Shown here: positions 1 to 10,022 of the stretch, piece by piece
Layout of the letters: every line of letters begins with the position of its first letter
How positions within the stretch are numbered: position 1 is the stretch's first letter
Source: Candidatus Levyibacteriota bacterium
GTDB lineage: Bacteria; Patescibacteriota; Microgenomatia; Levybacterales; UBA12049
Reading direction: 5' to 3'
Assembly: GCA_043823085.1 (NCBI GenBank)
Contig: JBDRBE010000004.1
Span: 342,780-406,779, forward strand
Length of the DNA: 64,000 nucleotides
Translations under genes and position numbers: made by a program
Notes under the pieces: generated by a model
Told to the model about the DNA's origin: nothing
The model's input: the letters and a program-made list of their open reading frames with translations, nothing else
Databases searched by the model: none

Positions 1-530
1 TGAACGATATTAACAACAAGTGATACCAAAAAGAATGAACTCAATGCCAAATGACTAATACTCCCCTCCTCCATCTTAATTTTTCTAAAAATGTAAGTAA
101 AAATGCCAAAAAAAATGGCAAAAATTGCCGAAACAATTAATAAGCCATTTATCAAAAACCAAAAAGGGAGCACGAAAATAAAGGAAAGACTAAAAAAATC
201 CAGCAATCGCAAAGTTTGAATTTTTGATCTTTTTGACATGATAAAAAAATACAAAAAAGCAGCCGCAACTCCCCCAAAGAGAGAAAGTCCGGGATGATAA
301 GGAAATAAAGCAAAAATAAACGGGTTAAAAAATTTTGGATCAAAATGAAAAACGACATAAAAAATCCTGGCAAAAAATAGTCCGATAATTATTGCTACAA
401 ATGCCAAATCATAAACTTTGTCCATCGAAATGTTTTTTCTGATAAGTACAAAGTCGTCATGGGCAAAGATGTAAAGACAAATCAAAAAAAGCAAAAAACA
501 GAACGCAAAAAGAAAAAATGAAAATTGCAT
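1..530 (-). CDS. Lgt-like (prolipoprotein diacylglyceryl transferase family) membrane protein, runs off the window edge
   Basis: Manual translation from ATG 530: MQFSFFLFAFCFLL...IIGLFFARIFYV...PGLSLFGGVAA. The 'ARxxYV' and 'GLSxxGG' motifs resemble Lgt. Not in the ORF track because it is incomplete. Confidence 0.65.
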   Translation of the reverse strand, partial: MQFSFFLFAFCFLLFLICLYIFAHDDFVLIRKNISMDKVYDLAFVAIIIGLFFARIFYVVFHFDPKFFNPFIFALFPYHPGLSLFGGVAAAFLYFFIMSKRSKIQTLRLLDFFSLSFIFVLPFWFLINGLLIVSAIFAIFFGIFTYIFRKIKMEEGSISHLALSSFFLVSLVVNIV

Positions 531-534
531 AAAT

Positions 535-1806
535 TTACCGTCTGGCCATCAACACTCTTAACCCGCTAAAAGCGATTAAACTGATTCCAATTCCTGTCAA
601 AACGCGCCCCACTCCAAAAATGTCAGAAAGTTCTCCAACAATAATAACCGGCAAAAAAGAAGAAATCCCAACCAGAGAATTTAATACTCCATAAATCTTT
701 CCCCTAATTTCATCAGAAGTTTTTTCCTGCAAGAGCGTGTTTGACGGCACAAAAATCAAAGCGTTGGCAAATCCCAAAACAAAAGCCAAAAAAACCATGA
801 TATGAAGGATGTTAATAGTAAAAATATGCGGCAAATAATCATTTATTGTCTGAACAATTTCTCTTGAGGTAACTTTTGATCCATAAGGTAAAAAAAGAAT
901 CGATAATCCTCCGAGCATTACTCCGATATTGGCCATTTTTTCCCTTGAAAAATCATGAAAAAAATTAGCAATAATAATTGCGCCAACTACCATTCCAAGG
1001 GCCGCCGGCGTAACCAAAACTAATGGAAACTCCTCAACGTTAATTCCTAAAACCTGATGAGCAAATCCCGGCCCGACCACGGCAAAAAGTAAAATCAAAA
1101 CTTGCGAAAGAGTCAAAAGAAAAAGAGAATGATAAATCTCTTTAGTTTTTGCGATAAGACTAAAAGAGCTTCTTAATTCTCTGCCAAAATCGAGTTTTAA
1201 ACTCATCGCTTCCTCTTTTACTTTTTTGATTTTAGGAGCTTTAAGAAACGATATCGCAAATGCGGCTATAAAAAAAAGAACGGCAAGCACTATAAAAACG
1301 TTCCTTGAACCAAAAAAAATTAAAAAAGGTCCGGAAAGTGCATAAGCGACTAAAATTGAACCATATATCCCCATGCCAAAAAGCGCATTTGCCGAAAGAA
1401 GAAGTTTTTTTTTCACAACTAAGGGAATCATTGGGGTTTCTGCCGGAATAAAAAATTGCGTCACAATCGACATTGCAAAAGATAAAAGATAAATGAAGAA
1501 AAGATTGGAATGCAAAAAAGCAAGAATTATTAAAAGCATTGCCCGAACAATATTTGTGATAAAAAGAACATTTCTTTTATTCCATCTGTCAACATAAACT
1601 CCCGCCAATATTCCAAAAATGACAGCAGGTAAAGTAAATGAAAGAACAATCCCCGAAACAGCTGTATTTGAATTAGAAATTTTAAAGGCCACGATGATGA
1701 GAATAAAATTCATCATGTTAAAGCCTACTTGAGAAAAGACTTCGGCAATCCAAAGAAGAGAAAATCTTTTATTAAAAAGGGCGCAAAGAAGATGATTGTT
1801 CTTCAT
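535..1806 (-). CDS. MFS transporter
   Basis: About 12 hydrophobic segments; motif A 'GVYVDRWNKR'. Confidence 0.9.
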   Translation of the reverse strand: MKNNHLLCALFNKRFSLLWIAEVFSQVGFNMMNFILIIVAFKISNSNTAVSGIVLSFTLPAVIFGILAGVYVDRWNKRNVLFITNIVRAMLLIILAFLHSNLFFIYLLSFAMSIVTQFFIPAETPMIPLVVKKKLLLSANALFGMGIYGSILVAYALSGPFLIFFGSRNVFIVLAVLFFIAAFAISFLKAPKIKKVKEEAMSLKLDFGRELRSSFSLIAKTKEIYHSLFLLTLSQVLILLFAVVGPGFAHQVLGINVEEFPLVLVTPAALGMVVGAIIIANFFHDFSREKMANIGVMLGGLSILFLPYGSKVTSREIVQTINDYLPHIFTINILHIMVFLAFVLGFANALIFVPSNTLLQEKTSDEIRGKIYGVLNSLVGISSFLPVIIVGELSDIFGVGRVLTGIGISLIAFSGLRVLMARR

Positions 1807-1811
1807 TATTC

Positions 1812-2366
1812 TTAAACTCTTTCGCTATACTCTCCGGTTCTTGTATCAATTCTAACTTTATCGCCTATTTTTATAAAAAGAGGGACTCTGGTTTTCAATC
1901 CGTTTTCTAAAATCGCGTCTTTATAAATATTAGTTGCCGAATTTCCTCTAATTGACGGCCCGGTGTCTGAAACCGTAAAATCCATTTTTGGCGCAAGGCT
2001 TATCGATAATGGCTCATTTTCCAAAAAACTAATAGAACAACTTTCCCCTTCTTTTAAAAATTTATGCTCGGGGATTTTATTAAGCGCAATTACTATTTGC
2101 TCAAAGGTTTGAGGATTCATAAAATAAACCGATTCGTCATCTTTATATAAATATTGATAATCCTTTTTGACCAAAAACACCTCGCTGACTTTAGCGCCGT
2201 TGATAAAACTTTTTTCAGTAGTCGAGCTACTTTTTAAATTTCTAACTTTAACCTTAATATTGGCGCTTCCCCGCCCCATTTTTATATGCTCGTAGGAAAG
2301 CACCTGAAAAATTTGTCCCTGATCTTCAAAAATAGTACCGCTTCTTAAATCTGTAACTGATAACAC
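1812..2366 (-). CDS. efp: Elongation factor P
   Basis: DLRSG, HIKMGRGSA loop, VPLFIKIGDKVRIDTRTGEY; probable GTG start at 2366. Confidence 0.95.
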   Translation of the reverse strand: MLSVTDLRSGTIFEDQGQIFQVLSYEHIKMGRGSANIKVKVRNLKSSSTTEKSFINGAKVSEVFLVKKDYQYLYKDDESVYFMNPQTFEQIVIALNKIPEHKFLKEGESCSISFLENEPLSISLAPKMDFTVSDTGPSIRGNSATNIYKDAILENGLKTRVPLFIKIGDKVRIDTRTGEYSERV

Positions 2367-2379
2367 AATTGTACAAAAT

Positions 2380-2509
2380 GGCGAGAGAATAAGATTTTCG
2401 CAAGTCGCGAATAATGAATACAATCATCAACTAATCACAGACGACCTAGTAGTCTAAACATCAATAACTAGCACATTGAACCGCGACAAGAAAATTCTAT
2501 TCTCGAGCC
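2380..2509. repeat. Long hairpin (MITE-like) repeat, subfamily B
   Basis: ggcgag..gattttcgcaagtcgcgaa ... ccgcgacaagaaaattc..cgagcc; arms resemble 45946-46077. Confidence 0.7.
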
Positions 2510-2521
2510 AAACAATTCTAC

Positions 2522-4030
2522 TTAAAGGCTTTTCAAATAATTAAGCATTAATCTCACTCCAAACCCCGTCCCCCCTTTTGGCCCTAATTCAAAACTTTTT
2601 TCAGCATACGCCGGTCCGGCAATATCCAAATGCACCCATGGCTTGCTATCCACAAATTCTTCCAAAAACAATCCGCCTGTTATTGCTACACCATATCGAG
2701 AGCTTGAAGTATTTGAAACGTCAGCCACTTCGCTTTTATTTAATTCTTTGTACTCTTTAACAAGCGGTAGTTCCCAAACTTTCTCACCCGTTTCTTTTGC
2801 AACTTTTAGTAATTTTGATTTTAGTTCTTCATTGTTGCCCATAAGACCGGCATATTCTGTTCCAAGAGCAACCATACATGCACCGGTTAAAGTTGCCAAA
2901 TCAATAATTTCGGTTGCTCCTTTTTTAACCGCATAAGAAAGACTGTCTGCCAAAGTAAGCCTGCCTTCTGCATCAGTATGAAGAACCTCGATTGTTGTTC
3001 CATTCATTGCTTTTAAAACGTCTCCTGGAGCAAGAGATTTTCCGGAAATCAAATTAGGCGTTGCGGCAATTAAACCCATAATGCACATCTGCGGTTTAAT
3101 TTCGGAAATCACCGAAAAGACCGAAAGAACTACTGCCGCTCCGGCCATATCCATTTTCATATCAAACATTGACTCGCCTCTTTTAATTGACAGTCCTCCG
3201 CTGTCAAAAGTAATTCCTTTGCCGACAATGGCCAGTTTTTGTTTTTTGTGAGAAAGACCTTTTGGACAATATTCAAGATGAATAAATTTTGGCGGAGTTT
3301 CCGCTCCTTTTGCAACACCCAAAAATGCACCCATACCTATTTTTTCAAGCTCCAATCTGTCATAAACAGTGCATTTTAGGTCTTTATTTTTCTTTGACAA
3401 ATCCTGCGCCAATTGAGCAAGAAATGTCGGATCTACAACGGCTGACGGTTCATTAACTAAATCGCGGCAAAGCTTTGTGGCATTTGAAAAAATCTCTGCC
3501 GTTCTTACTCCCTCTTTTATTTTTAGCGCCATATTTTTATTACTCTCCGAAAATATTATTAAACTCAATTCTTTTACATCTTCATCCTTTTTCTTATATT
3601 TGTTGAATTGATAAACGCCAAGCAAAAACCCCTCACTAGTCACTTGTGATTGAACTTCTGCTCCAATTTTAAAATCTTTTTCTTCAAGTATTAGAAGTGC
3701 AACGGATGAAAGTTTTTTGCTGTTTGATTTTGCAAATCCGGAAATTACTTTTCGAAGAATATTTTGATTAAACTCCTCTTTTTTACCAAACCCTAAAACA
3801 AAAACTTTAGGGGCAAGAATTTTATCGCAGGTGTGAATGATTACGAGCTCTCCTTCTTTTGCCTTAAAATTTTCCTGTTTAACAAAATCCGAAATCTGGT
3901 TTTTTAAGACTTTATCAAGCATTAAAAATCCTTGACTTGGCAAAATCCCCTCTTTTTGCTCAAAGGCAAAAAGCAGAATTGCGTCTGCCGAAATATTATC
4001 TAGAGAATTAGATGAAACCTCAAAATCCAT
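2522..4030 (-). CDS. pepA: Leucyl aminopeptidase (M17)
   Basis: VGKGITFDSGG, MKMDMAGAA, TDAEGRL, HLDIAG motifs. Confidence 0.97.
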   Translation of the reverse strand: MDFEVSSNSLDNISADAILLFAFEQKEGILPSQGFLMLDKVLKNQISDFVKQENFKAKEGELVIIHTCDKILAPKVFVLGFGKKEEFNQNILRKVISGFAKSNSKKLSSVALLILEEKDFKIGAEVQSQVTSEGFLLGVYQFNKYKKKDEDVKELSLIIFSESNKNMALKIKEGVRTAEIFSNATKLCRDLVNEPSAVVDPTFLAQLAQDLSKKNKDLKCTVYDRLELEKIGMGAFLGVAKGAETPPKFIHLEYCPKGLSHKKQKLAIVGKGITFDSGGLSIKRGESMFDMKMDMAGAAVVLSVFSVISEIKPQMCIMGLIAATPNLISGKSLAPGDVLKAMNGTTIEVLHTDAEGRLTLADSLSYAVKKGATEIIDLATLTGACMVALGTEYAGLMGNNEELKSKLLKVAKETGEKVWELPLVKEYKELNKSEVADVSNTSSSRYGVAITGGLFLEEFVDSKPWVHLDIAGPAYAEKSFELGPKGGTGFGVRLMLNYLKSL

Positions 4031-4080
4031 ATATCTTCCTATTCTATCATCTTGCCCTCAAAAATCAAGGGATACTAAAT

Positions 4081-4111
4081 TAGCTTCGCAAGGCGACGCC
4101 TTGCGAAGCTA
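4081..4111. repeat. 31-bp palindrome; identical reverse-complement copy inside folA
   Basis: tagcttcgcaaggcgacgccttgcgaagcta; copy at 62502-62532. Confidence 0.9.
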
Positions 4112-4180
4112 AAATTTGAATAGTGCCATCGAAGCCAATTAAAGTTAAAGCTTGTTATGTTATAATTATTCCAGTCTTAA

Positions 4181-4265
4181 GGGCAAGTGGCGGAACGGTA
4201 TACGCGTGAGTCTCAAAAACTCATGAGCTGAAAGGTTCATGTGGGTTCGAATCCCTCCTTGCCCA
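4181..4265 (+). tRNA. tRNA-Leu(CAA)
   Basis: Acceptor GGGCAAG/CTTGCCC, anticodon arm TGAGT-CT CAA AA-ACTCA, long variable arm, TTCGAAT loop. Confidence 0.93.
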
Positions 4266-4302
4266 CAAAAGAAAGGGTTGAATTTATTCAATATTTTCTA
4301 CA

Positions 4303-5160
4303 ATGATCTGGCTTTTATTTGCATTTTTAACAGCCCTTTTTGAGTCCTTAAAGGATATCTTAAGCAAACACAATCTCAAAAAGATTGACGAATATTCCGC
4401 TTCTTTGGCTTTCCGTTTATCTTTTGTTTTTCTCCTGCCATATTTATTATTTTCGAAAATCCCAACCCTCAATAATCTTTTTTTTATCGCTTTAATTTTT
4501 GCTGTTCCAATAAATATTGCAACCGCAATTCTTTATATGAAAGCGTTAAAGAATTCAGATGTATCATTGAGCATCCCCCTTACAGCTTTTACGCCTTTGT
4601 TTCTTTTAATCACTTCCCCTTTGATTATTCACGAATTTCCTTCTTTTTTAGGCCTTTTGGGGGTGCTTTTAATAGTTTTTGGTTCATATCTTCTAAACCT
4701 CCAAGAAAGACATAAAGGATTTTTTGTTCCTTTTAAGGCCTTACTTAAAGAGAAAGGCCCTCGCTTTATGCTCCTTGTCGCTTTTTTGTGGAGTATCGGT
4801 TCAAACTTCGATAAAATCGGAGTTTTAAATTCCTCCCCTATTTTTTGGGTCATTGCCGTAAATTTCTGCTCAACTTTAATTTTAATTCCAATTGTTTTCA
4901 AAAGAAATAAAAATGCTGCAATAACTCTTCCCAAAAACTTAAGTCTTCTCACAATAAGTCTTGCTAGCGCTTTAAGTTTGGCTTTCCAAATGACTGCAAT
5001 ATCCCTGGCTCTTGTCTCTTATGTTATTTCTATAAAAAGAACAAGTATCCTAATAACCATTATTTTAGGAGCGCTAGTATTTAGAGAAAAAGGCTTGAAA
5101 GAAAGATTAATTGGAGGCATAATAATGATTGCAGGCATCATTTTAATCGCATTTTCATAA
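4303..5160 (+). CDS. EamA/DMT family transporter
   Basis: Ten TM segments in two repeats, ending 'FREKGLKERLIG'. Confidence 0.88.
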   Translation: MIWLLFAFLTALFESLKDILSKHNLKKIDEYSASLAFRLSFVFLLPYLLFSKIPTLNNLFFIALIFAVPINIATAILYMKALKNSDVSLSIPLTAFTPLFLLITSPLIIHEFPSFLGLLGVLLIVFGSYLLNLQERHKGFFVPFKALLKEKGPRFMLLVAFLWSIGSNFDKIGVLNSSPIFWVIAVNFCSTLILIPIVFKRNKNAAITLPKNLSLLTISLASALSLAFQMTAISLALVSYVISIKRTSILITIILGALVFREKGLKERLIGGIIMIAGIILIAFS

Positions 5161-5289
5161 GGTGACCAAGCTAGTTCACCTTAGAGGTGGTCTAGATAGG
5201 CCACCTCGCTCCTACTCCATCCCCTGCATTATTAAAATTTCTGTTGAAAGCAACAAAAAATATTTCGATTGGCTAAAAGGTCAAATTTC

Positions 5290-5649
5290 TTAAATAATCT
5301 TTTTTCCTGTTTCCAAATCGACAACTTCACTAATTCCAACCAGTATTGCGGATTTTGGGAGAGGCGGGTTGCTTTTGGAAATCGCAAGATTTAAATATTT
5401 CCCCGATGAATAAACTGATGCTGTACCATCAATTCTGAAATAATGCTTGTCCTCATTTGCTACTATTGAAACTTTGTTGTTCTCTTTAATATTTTCCAGG
5501 GTTTTCTTCATCAAACACGCCCCAATTAATATTTTATTATCAATAATGCCAAGGGAAAGTACAGCGATAGCTCGTGACCTTCCGTCTTTTGAACTGGTTG
5601 CCAGAACAATCGCCTGTCTTTCTTTTAGCGCCTTTTTCCAAAAATCCAT
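5290..5649 (-). CDS. Pyridoxamine 5'-phosphate oxidase-like FMN-binding protein
   Basis: VLATSSKDG..R, KTLENIKENNKVSI, RIDGTA. Confidence 0.8.
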   Translation of the reverse strand: MDFWKKALKERQAIVLATSSKDGRSRAIAVLSLGIIDNKILIGACLMKKTLENIKENNKVSIVANEDKHYFRIDGTASVYSSGKYLNLAISKSNPPLPKSAILVGISEVVDLETGKKII

Positions 5650-5653
5650 AAAT

Positions 5654-5872
5654 TTACACTCCTACTTTGGCAGAAATAGCAGCTAGTTTTTCTTCTATTC
5701 TTGCAAGCGACGCCAAGATCTTTTCATGCGGGTCCCCTCCTGGAACCGGCCCTCCCATTGGAGGCGGTGGCGGTGGAGGCGGCCCGCCTAGTCCTGGCGA
5801 GACTGGCATCCCTCCCGGTGGAGGCGGAACAAGTCCCGGTCCTCCTAGTCCTTGATTTATTTGATCATCCAT
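5654..5872 (-). CDS. Small Pro/Gly-rich protein with C-terminal amphipathic helix
   Basis: SD-like GGGGTGA upstream; P8 tract; LARIEEKL helix; co-oriented with its neighbours. Confidence 0.7.
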   Translation of the reverse strand: MDDQINQGLGGPGLVPPPPGGMPVSPGLGGPPPPPPPPMGGPVPGGDPHEKILASLARIEEKLAAISAKVGV

Positions 5873-5892
5873 TATTTATCACCCCCTAACCA

Positions 5893-6003
5893 TTTAGAAT
5901 TTTTGAAGTTGGATATCTTTGACATATTTGATCTTGAATATTTGAATAATTGACATCTTTATATCTAGAATTCAAGAAAATCACACTTCTAATCTCAAGA
6001 ATT
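5893..6003. repeat. Intergenic TCAAGA/TTGATATC low-complexity repeat
   Basis: Same unit composition as 23800-23955, 42152-42295, 43555-43700, 48752-48890 and 62082-62211. Confidence 0.7.
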
Positions 6004-7323
6004 CTAATCACTCTCTCTCTTTTTTTCGACACTATAAAATCTTATTCTATCTCCCCTAAAAAGTAAATCGATTTCGCCTGTTGGTCCGTTTCGATGCTTG
6101 GCAATTAAAAGTTTCATCGGCATTGTTTTTCCGTATTCTTCTTCGGTTCTATACAAAAACATCACCACGTCCGCGTCTTGTTCAATAGCTCCACTTTCCC
6201 GAAGATCCGCAAGCTGCGGTTTCCTCTCTCCCCTGTGCTCAACAGCACGCGAAAGTTGGGAAACTGCCAGAACCGGAACTTTAAGTTCTCTTGCCAAATT
6301 TTTTAAAGATTGGGAAACAATTGAAACTTCCTGAACCCGGTTGTCATAACGTCTCCCCGGATCTGCCAACTGTAAATAGTCAACGATAATCAATTTTATT
6401 TTATGCTCTAGCTGAAGTCTTCTTGCTTTAGAACGCATATCCGAAACAGAAAGTCCCGGCGTATCGTCAATAAAAATTGGCGCATCTGCAAGCTGTCCCA
6501 TGGCTTCTGACAAATTGCTAAAATCGCTTTCTGAAAGTTTTCCGGTTTTTAATCTCCAGGAATCAACATCTGCCTGATTAACCAAAAGTCTATCCACAAC
6601 TTCCTCCTTGCTCATTTCAAGGGAAAAAAATCCAACCGGAATTTTCTCATTAACGCCTATAAATTGTGCGATATTTACTGCCAGCGCTGTTTTTCCCTGT
6701 CCGGGACGAGCCGCCAAAATTATCAAATTTGACTCCTGAAGTCCGGAAAGCATATTATCTAAATCCATGAAACCTGTTTTTATACCGCGGAACCCCGCTC
6801 CCTTTTTATGCAGTTCATCAATTCTGTCAAAACTCTCGGCTAAAGCCTCACGAATTGGAATAAACCCTTTTGAAATTTGCCATTGAGAAAGAGAAAAAAT
6901 TGATGACTCGGCTTTATTGAGAATATCTTTTACTTCCTCTTCGCTGAAACCAAGTTCCGAAATTTCGTTGCCTGCCTTTATTAATGACCTTTTTAGAGAT
7001 GCTTCTTTTATAAGAAGAGCGTAGTGTTCAACATTTGCCGCGGTCGGAACTTTATTAATAAGATCGCTGATAAAAGACGCTTCGATTTTTTTGTCCATTT
7101 TTTCTTTTTTGAGTCTTGAGGTTAATGTAAGAATATCGATTGGTTTTTTATCTTCATATAAAGTTAGCATCACATTGTAAATAATGGCGTTTATGTCGTT
7201 ATAAAAATCTTTTGGAGAAATAATTTCGGAAACAATACTTATTGCATCTTTATCAATAAGAATTGCGCCCAAAACGCTTTCTTCTGCCTCGTCATTATGT
7301 GGAAGGATGCGTGAAACTACCAT
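6004..7323 (-). CDS. dnaB: Replicative DNA helicase
   Basis: AARPGQGKT, IVDYLQL, LRESGAIEQDAD, KHRNG; no intein. Confidence 0.98.
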   Translation of the reverse strand: MVVSRILPHNDEAEESVLGAILIDKDAISIVSEIISPKDFYNDINAIIYNVMLTLYEDKKPIDILTLTSRLKKEKMDKKIEASFISDLINKVPTAANVEHYALLIKEASLKRSLIKAGNEISELGFSEEEVKDILNKAESSIFSLSQWQISKGFIPIREALAESFDRIDELHKKGAGFRGIKTGFMDLDNMLSGLQESNLIILAARPGQGKTALAVNIAQFIGVNEKIPVGFFSLEMSKEEVVDRLLVNQADVDSWRLKTGKLSESDFSNLSEAMGQLADAPIFIDDTPGLSVSDMRSKARRLQLEHKIKLIIVDYLQLADPGRRYDNRVQEVSIVSQSLKNLARELKVPVLAVSQLSRAVEHRGERKPQLADLRESGAIEQDADVVMFLYRTEEEYGKTMPMKLLIAKHRNGPTGEIDLLFRGDRIRFYSVEKKRESD

Positions 7324-7382
7324 AATACTAGTTTATTAGCGTCTAGCGGCTAGCGTTTAGTTTAACTATACGCTATACACTA

Positions 7383-7898
7383 TTAACTAGACGCTAGTAA
7401 TACTTTTTCCAACTCCGCCGGTAAGCTTTCTTTTTTTACAACGTATTTGGAAACTGATTTTAACGAACTGTCAAGACCTGAATCTGCTTTAAGTTTATTT
7501 TCCTCACCGTAAAAAATAGCAACTTTCGGTTCAATATTGGTAAGAATCGACGGGTCAAACTTTTGGTCAACATGAATTATCGCAATATCATACCCTTTTG
7601 TTTCTGCTTTAATTTTTTCCAATTCCGATGATTTTCCCAAAATTAAACTTATTCCGTCTACAAAAAGATCATAGGTGTGATTAAGCGAAGAAACCTTGAC
7701 GCCGGAGAACTCATACTCCCCCGCTCCATTTATTAAAATCCGTGAACCTTCAACCTTAGACGAATCAAATTCGCAATCTTTTAGAAGTAAAACGGCATCG
7801 CTTGGTGTTTTTGTCTTTAACATTGAAGGGTCAACAAGAAGCGACGAATTTTTTCCTTTTATTCTTAAACAATTTTCTCCGACAAGTTGTATTTCCAT
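7383..7898 (-). CDS. Degenerate metallo-beta-lactamase-fold protein
   Basis: CLRIKG..LLVDP and 'INGAGEYEFSGV' typical of the MBL-fold family; HxHxDH absent. Confidence 0.6.
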   Translation of the reverse strand: MEIQLVGENCLRIKGKNSSLLVDPSMLKTKTPSDAVLLLKDCEFDSSKVEGSRILINGAGEYEFSGVKVSSLNHTYDLFVDGISLILGKSSELEKIKAETKGYDIAIIHVDQKFDPSILTNIEPKVAIFYGEENKLKADSGLDSSLKSVSKYVVKKESLPAELEKVLLASS

Positions 7899-7973
7899 AG
7901 AAACATCCTATCACAGGCAATTTTTCTTGACAAGAGGATTTTTTTGAATTATCATATGGTTTATTAAAACGAG

Positions 7974-8399
7974 ATGAAAACCGAAAGAATTGTCATATCT
8001 TTTATTGCCGTTGCCATTGGCATACTTTTTGCGGGAATTGTTTTTTATTTTTACCAGACAACCAAAGTCGTACCGGCATCACAAACAAAAACCATTACTG
8101 TTACTTCTCCTTCGCCAACTTCAAGTCCATCAATATCTTTATCGGTTGATAATCCAAAAGACGAAGCAGTTTCCGACACAAAAATAATTTCAGTTTCAGG
8201 GAAAACTACAACAGATGCTGTGATAGCAATCATTACAAACTCACAAAATCAAGTTGTAACACCCGCTTCCAATGGTAATTTTTCCGCCAATATCACTCTG
8301 GATGACAGACAAAATGAGATAGAAATAACTGCTATCGCTGCAAATGGAGAAGAAACAAGAATTGTAAGGACTGTTACATATTCAACAGAAAATTTTTAA
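7974..8399 (+). CDS. Membrane-anchored protein with Ig-like beta domain
   Basis: N-terminal TM, S/T/P linker, 'VSGKT...GNFSANITL..NEIEITA'. Confidence 0.7.
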   Translation: MKTERIVISFIAVAIGILFAGIVFYFYQTTKVVPASQTKTITVTSPSPTSSPSISLSVDNPKDEAVSDTKIISVSGKTTTDAVIAIITNSQNQVVTPASNGNFSANITLDDRQNEIEITAIAANGEETRIVRTVTYSTENF

Positions 8400-8402
8400 G
8401 AT

Positions 8403-9170
8403 ATGAAAAATAAAAAAATCATTATTTTGTTGTTTGTTGTTTGTTGTCTGTTGTTTGTTGTCGCCGTACCGCAGGCAACGGCCAAACCAACTCCAACGCC
8501 AACAATTAGTAAAAGCGAACAGCAGTTAAATGAAATAAAAGACAGAATCGCATCGAGAGTTGCCGAATTAAAGCTTGTCGAAAAAAGAGGAATAATCGGA
8601 ACAGTTACTGATACTTCCGATACGCAAATCACAATTTCCGATTTGGCAACAAATACAAGATTTATTGACGTTGACGAAATAACGAAATTCTCATCACCTG
8701 GCGCAAAAACGACTTTTGGCATTTCCGATCTTACCAAAGGAGAAAAATTGGGAATTTTAGGTTTATATAACAAGCAGTCACGAAGAATTTTGGCAAGATT
8801 TGTAAATGTTTTGAATCCTCAAAAAATTATCTATGGCGCAGTTGAATCGATAGACGCACAAAATTTCACTGTTAAAATTATTACCGAAAAAAAAGAATCG
8901 ATTGACGTTGACGTTGAAAAAACAACTAAAACTTCTTCCTACACAAAAGACAGCGGACTTGTTAAATCCGGATTTTCAAAAATATTAGTTGAACAAAGAA
9001 TAATTGTTAGGGGAATTTCGGATATTAAAAACCCAAGTCACGTTTTTGCCTCGCAAATTATTATTTTCCCGGACATTCCTAAAAATCCAAAAATTGTTTT
9101 ATCGCAAATTTCCCCAACTCTCACAGAAACAATTACACCTTCCCTTCAACCGGAAGCGGTAAAAAATTAA
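8403..9170 (+). CDS. Secreted protein with two beta-barrel (DUF5666-like) repeats
   Basis: Signal peptide; two 'G.V.....T..VD..TK' repeats. Confidence 0.6.
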   Translation: MKNKKIIILLFVVCCLLFVVAVPQATAKPTPTPTISKSEQQLNEIKDRIASRVAELKLVEKRGIIGTVTDTSDTQITISDLATNTRFIDVDEITKFSSPGAKTTFGISDLTKGEKLGILGLYNKQSRRILARFVNVLNPQKIIYGAVESIDAQNFTVKIITEKKESIDVDVEKTTKTSSYTKDSGLVKSGFSKILVEQRIIVRGISDIKNPSHVFASQIIIFPDIPKNPKIVLSQISPTLTETITPSLQPEAVKN

Positions 9171-9233
9171 CGCCAATCACAAAATAGCTAATAGCTTATG
9201 GCTAATAGCTAATGGTTAAAACCTCTTATATCA

Positions 9234-9980
9234 ATGATAAAAACCAAATCTGAGATTAAAAAAATTGAAAGGGCTTGCCAAGTTACCGATGAAACCTTTG
9301 ACCATATATTGAAAAAGATTAAGGTTGGAATTTCCGAAAGACAAGTTTCACTGGAAATTCAAAGATTCATCAAAAAATTTGGCGCCAAACTTTCTTTTCG
9401 GCCGATTATTGCTTTTGGAAAAAATTCCGCCAACCCTCATCATAAACCAAACAACACTATATTGAAAAATGGCGATTTTATAAAACTCGATTTTGGCGCA
9501 AAAGTCGACGATTACTGCTCCGACATGACCCGAACTGTTTTTATGGGAAAAGCAAGCCGCAGGCAAAAAAAAATTTATCAAACAGTCCTTGCTGCCCAAA
9601 AAAAAGCCATTAACTATCTTGAGTGGAGTCATTCTGAGCAGAGCGAAGAATCTCGAATGTCAGCGAGATCCCTCGGCCTTCGGCCTCAGGATAACATTCG
9701 GGGAAAAGATGTCGATAAGGCGGCAAGAGATTATGTTATTTCCAAAGGCTATCCCTCCTTCCCCCACGGCTTAGGTCATGGCATTGGAAAAAAAGTCCAT
9801 CAAAAACCAAAGCTTTCTCCAAAATCAAAACATTTTTTAAAACCCGGCATGGTGTTTTCCGTTGAGCCCGGAATATACCTAAGAAGCTTTGGTGGAGTTC
9901 GAATCGAAGACACGGTTGTTTTAGAAAAAACGGGCCTTCGCATCTTGACCAAAAGCACAAAAAGAATAATTGAACTTTAA
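9234..9980 (+). CDS. Xaa-Pro peptidase (M24) catalytic domain with in-frame repeat insertion
   Basis: DFGA..YCSDMTRT, HGLGHGIG, SVEPGIY, GVRIED; insert at 9628-9696. Confidence 0.92.
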   Translation: MIKTKSEIKKIERACQVTDETFDHILKKIKVGISERQVSLEIQRFIKKFGAKLSFRPIIAFGKNSANPHHKPNNTILKNGDFIKLDFGAKVDDYCSDMTRTVFMGKASRRQKKIYQTVLAAQKKAINYLEWSHSEQSEESRMSARSLGLRPQDNIRGKDVDKAARDYVISKGYPSFPHGLGHGIGKKVHQKPKLSPKSKHFLKPGMVFSVEPGIYLRSFGGVRIEDTVVLEKTGLRILTKSTKRIIEL

Positions 9981-10022
9981 TTCCCCGTTGACATTTAGCG
10001 AATTGAACCCTATATTAAAATT

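Noticed and set aside
152-373. 73-aa ORF and the many short antisense ORFs in the track
   Set aside because: They are off-frame or opposite to well-supported genes and show no motifs.
6004-7323. Intein in DnaB
   Set aside because: Length is normal (439 aa) and the motifs are contiguous.
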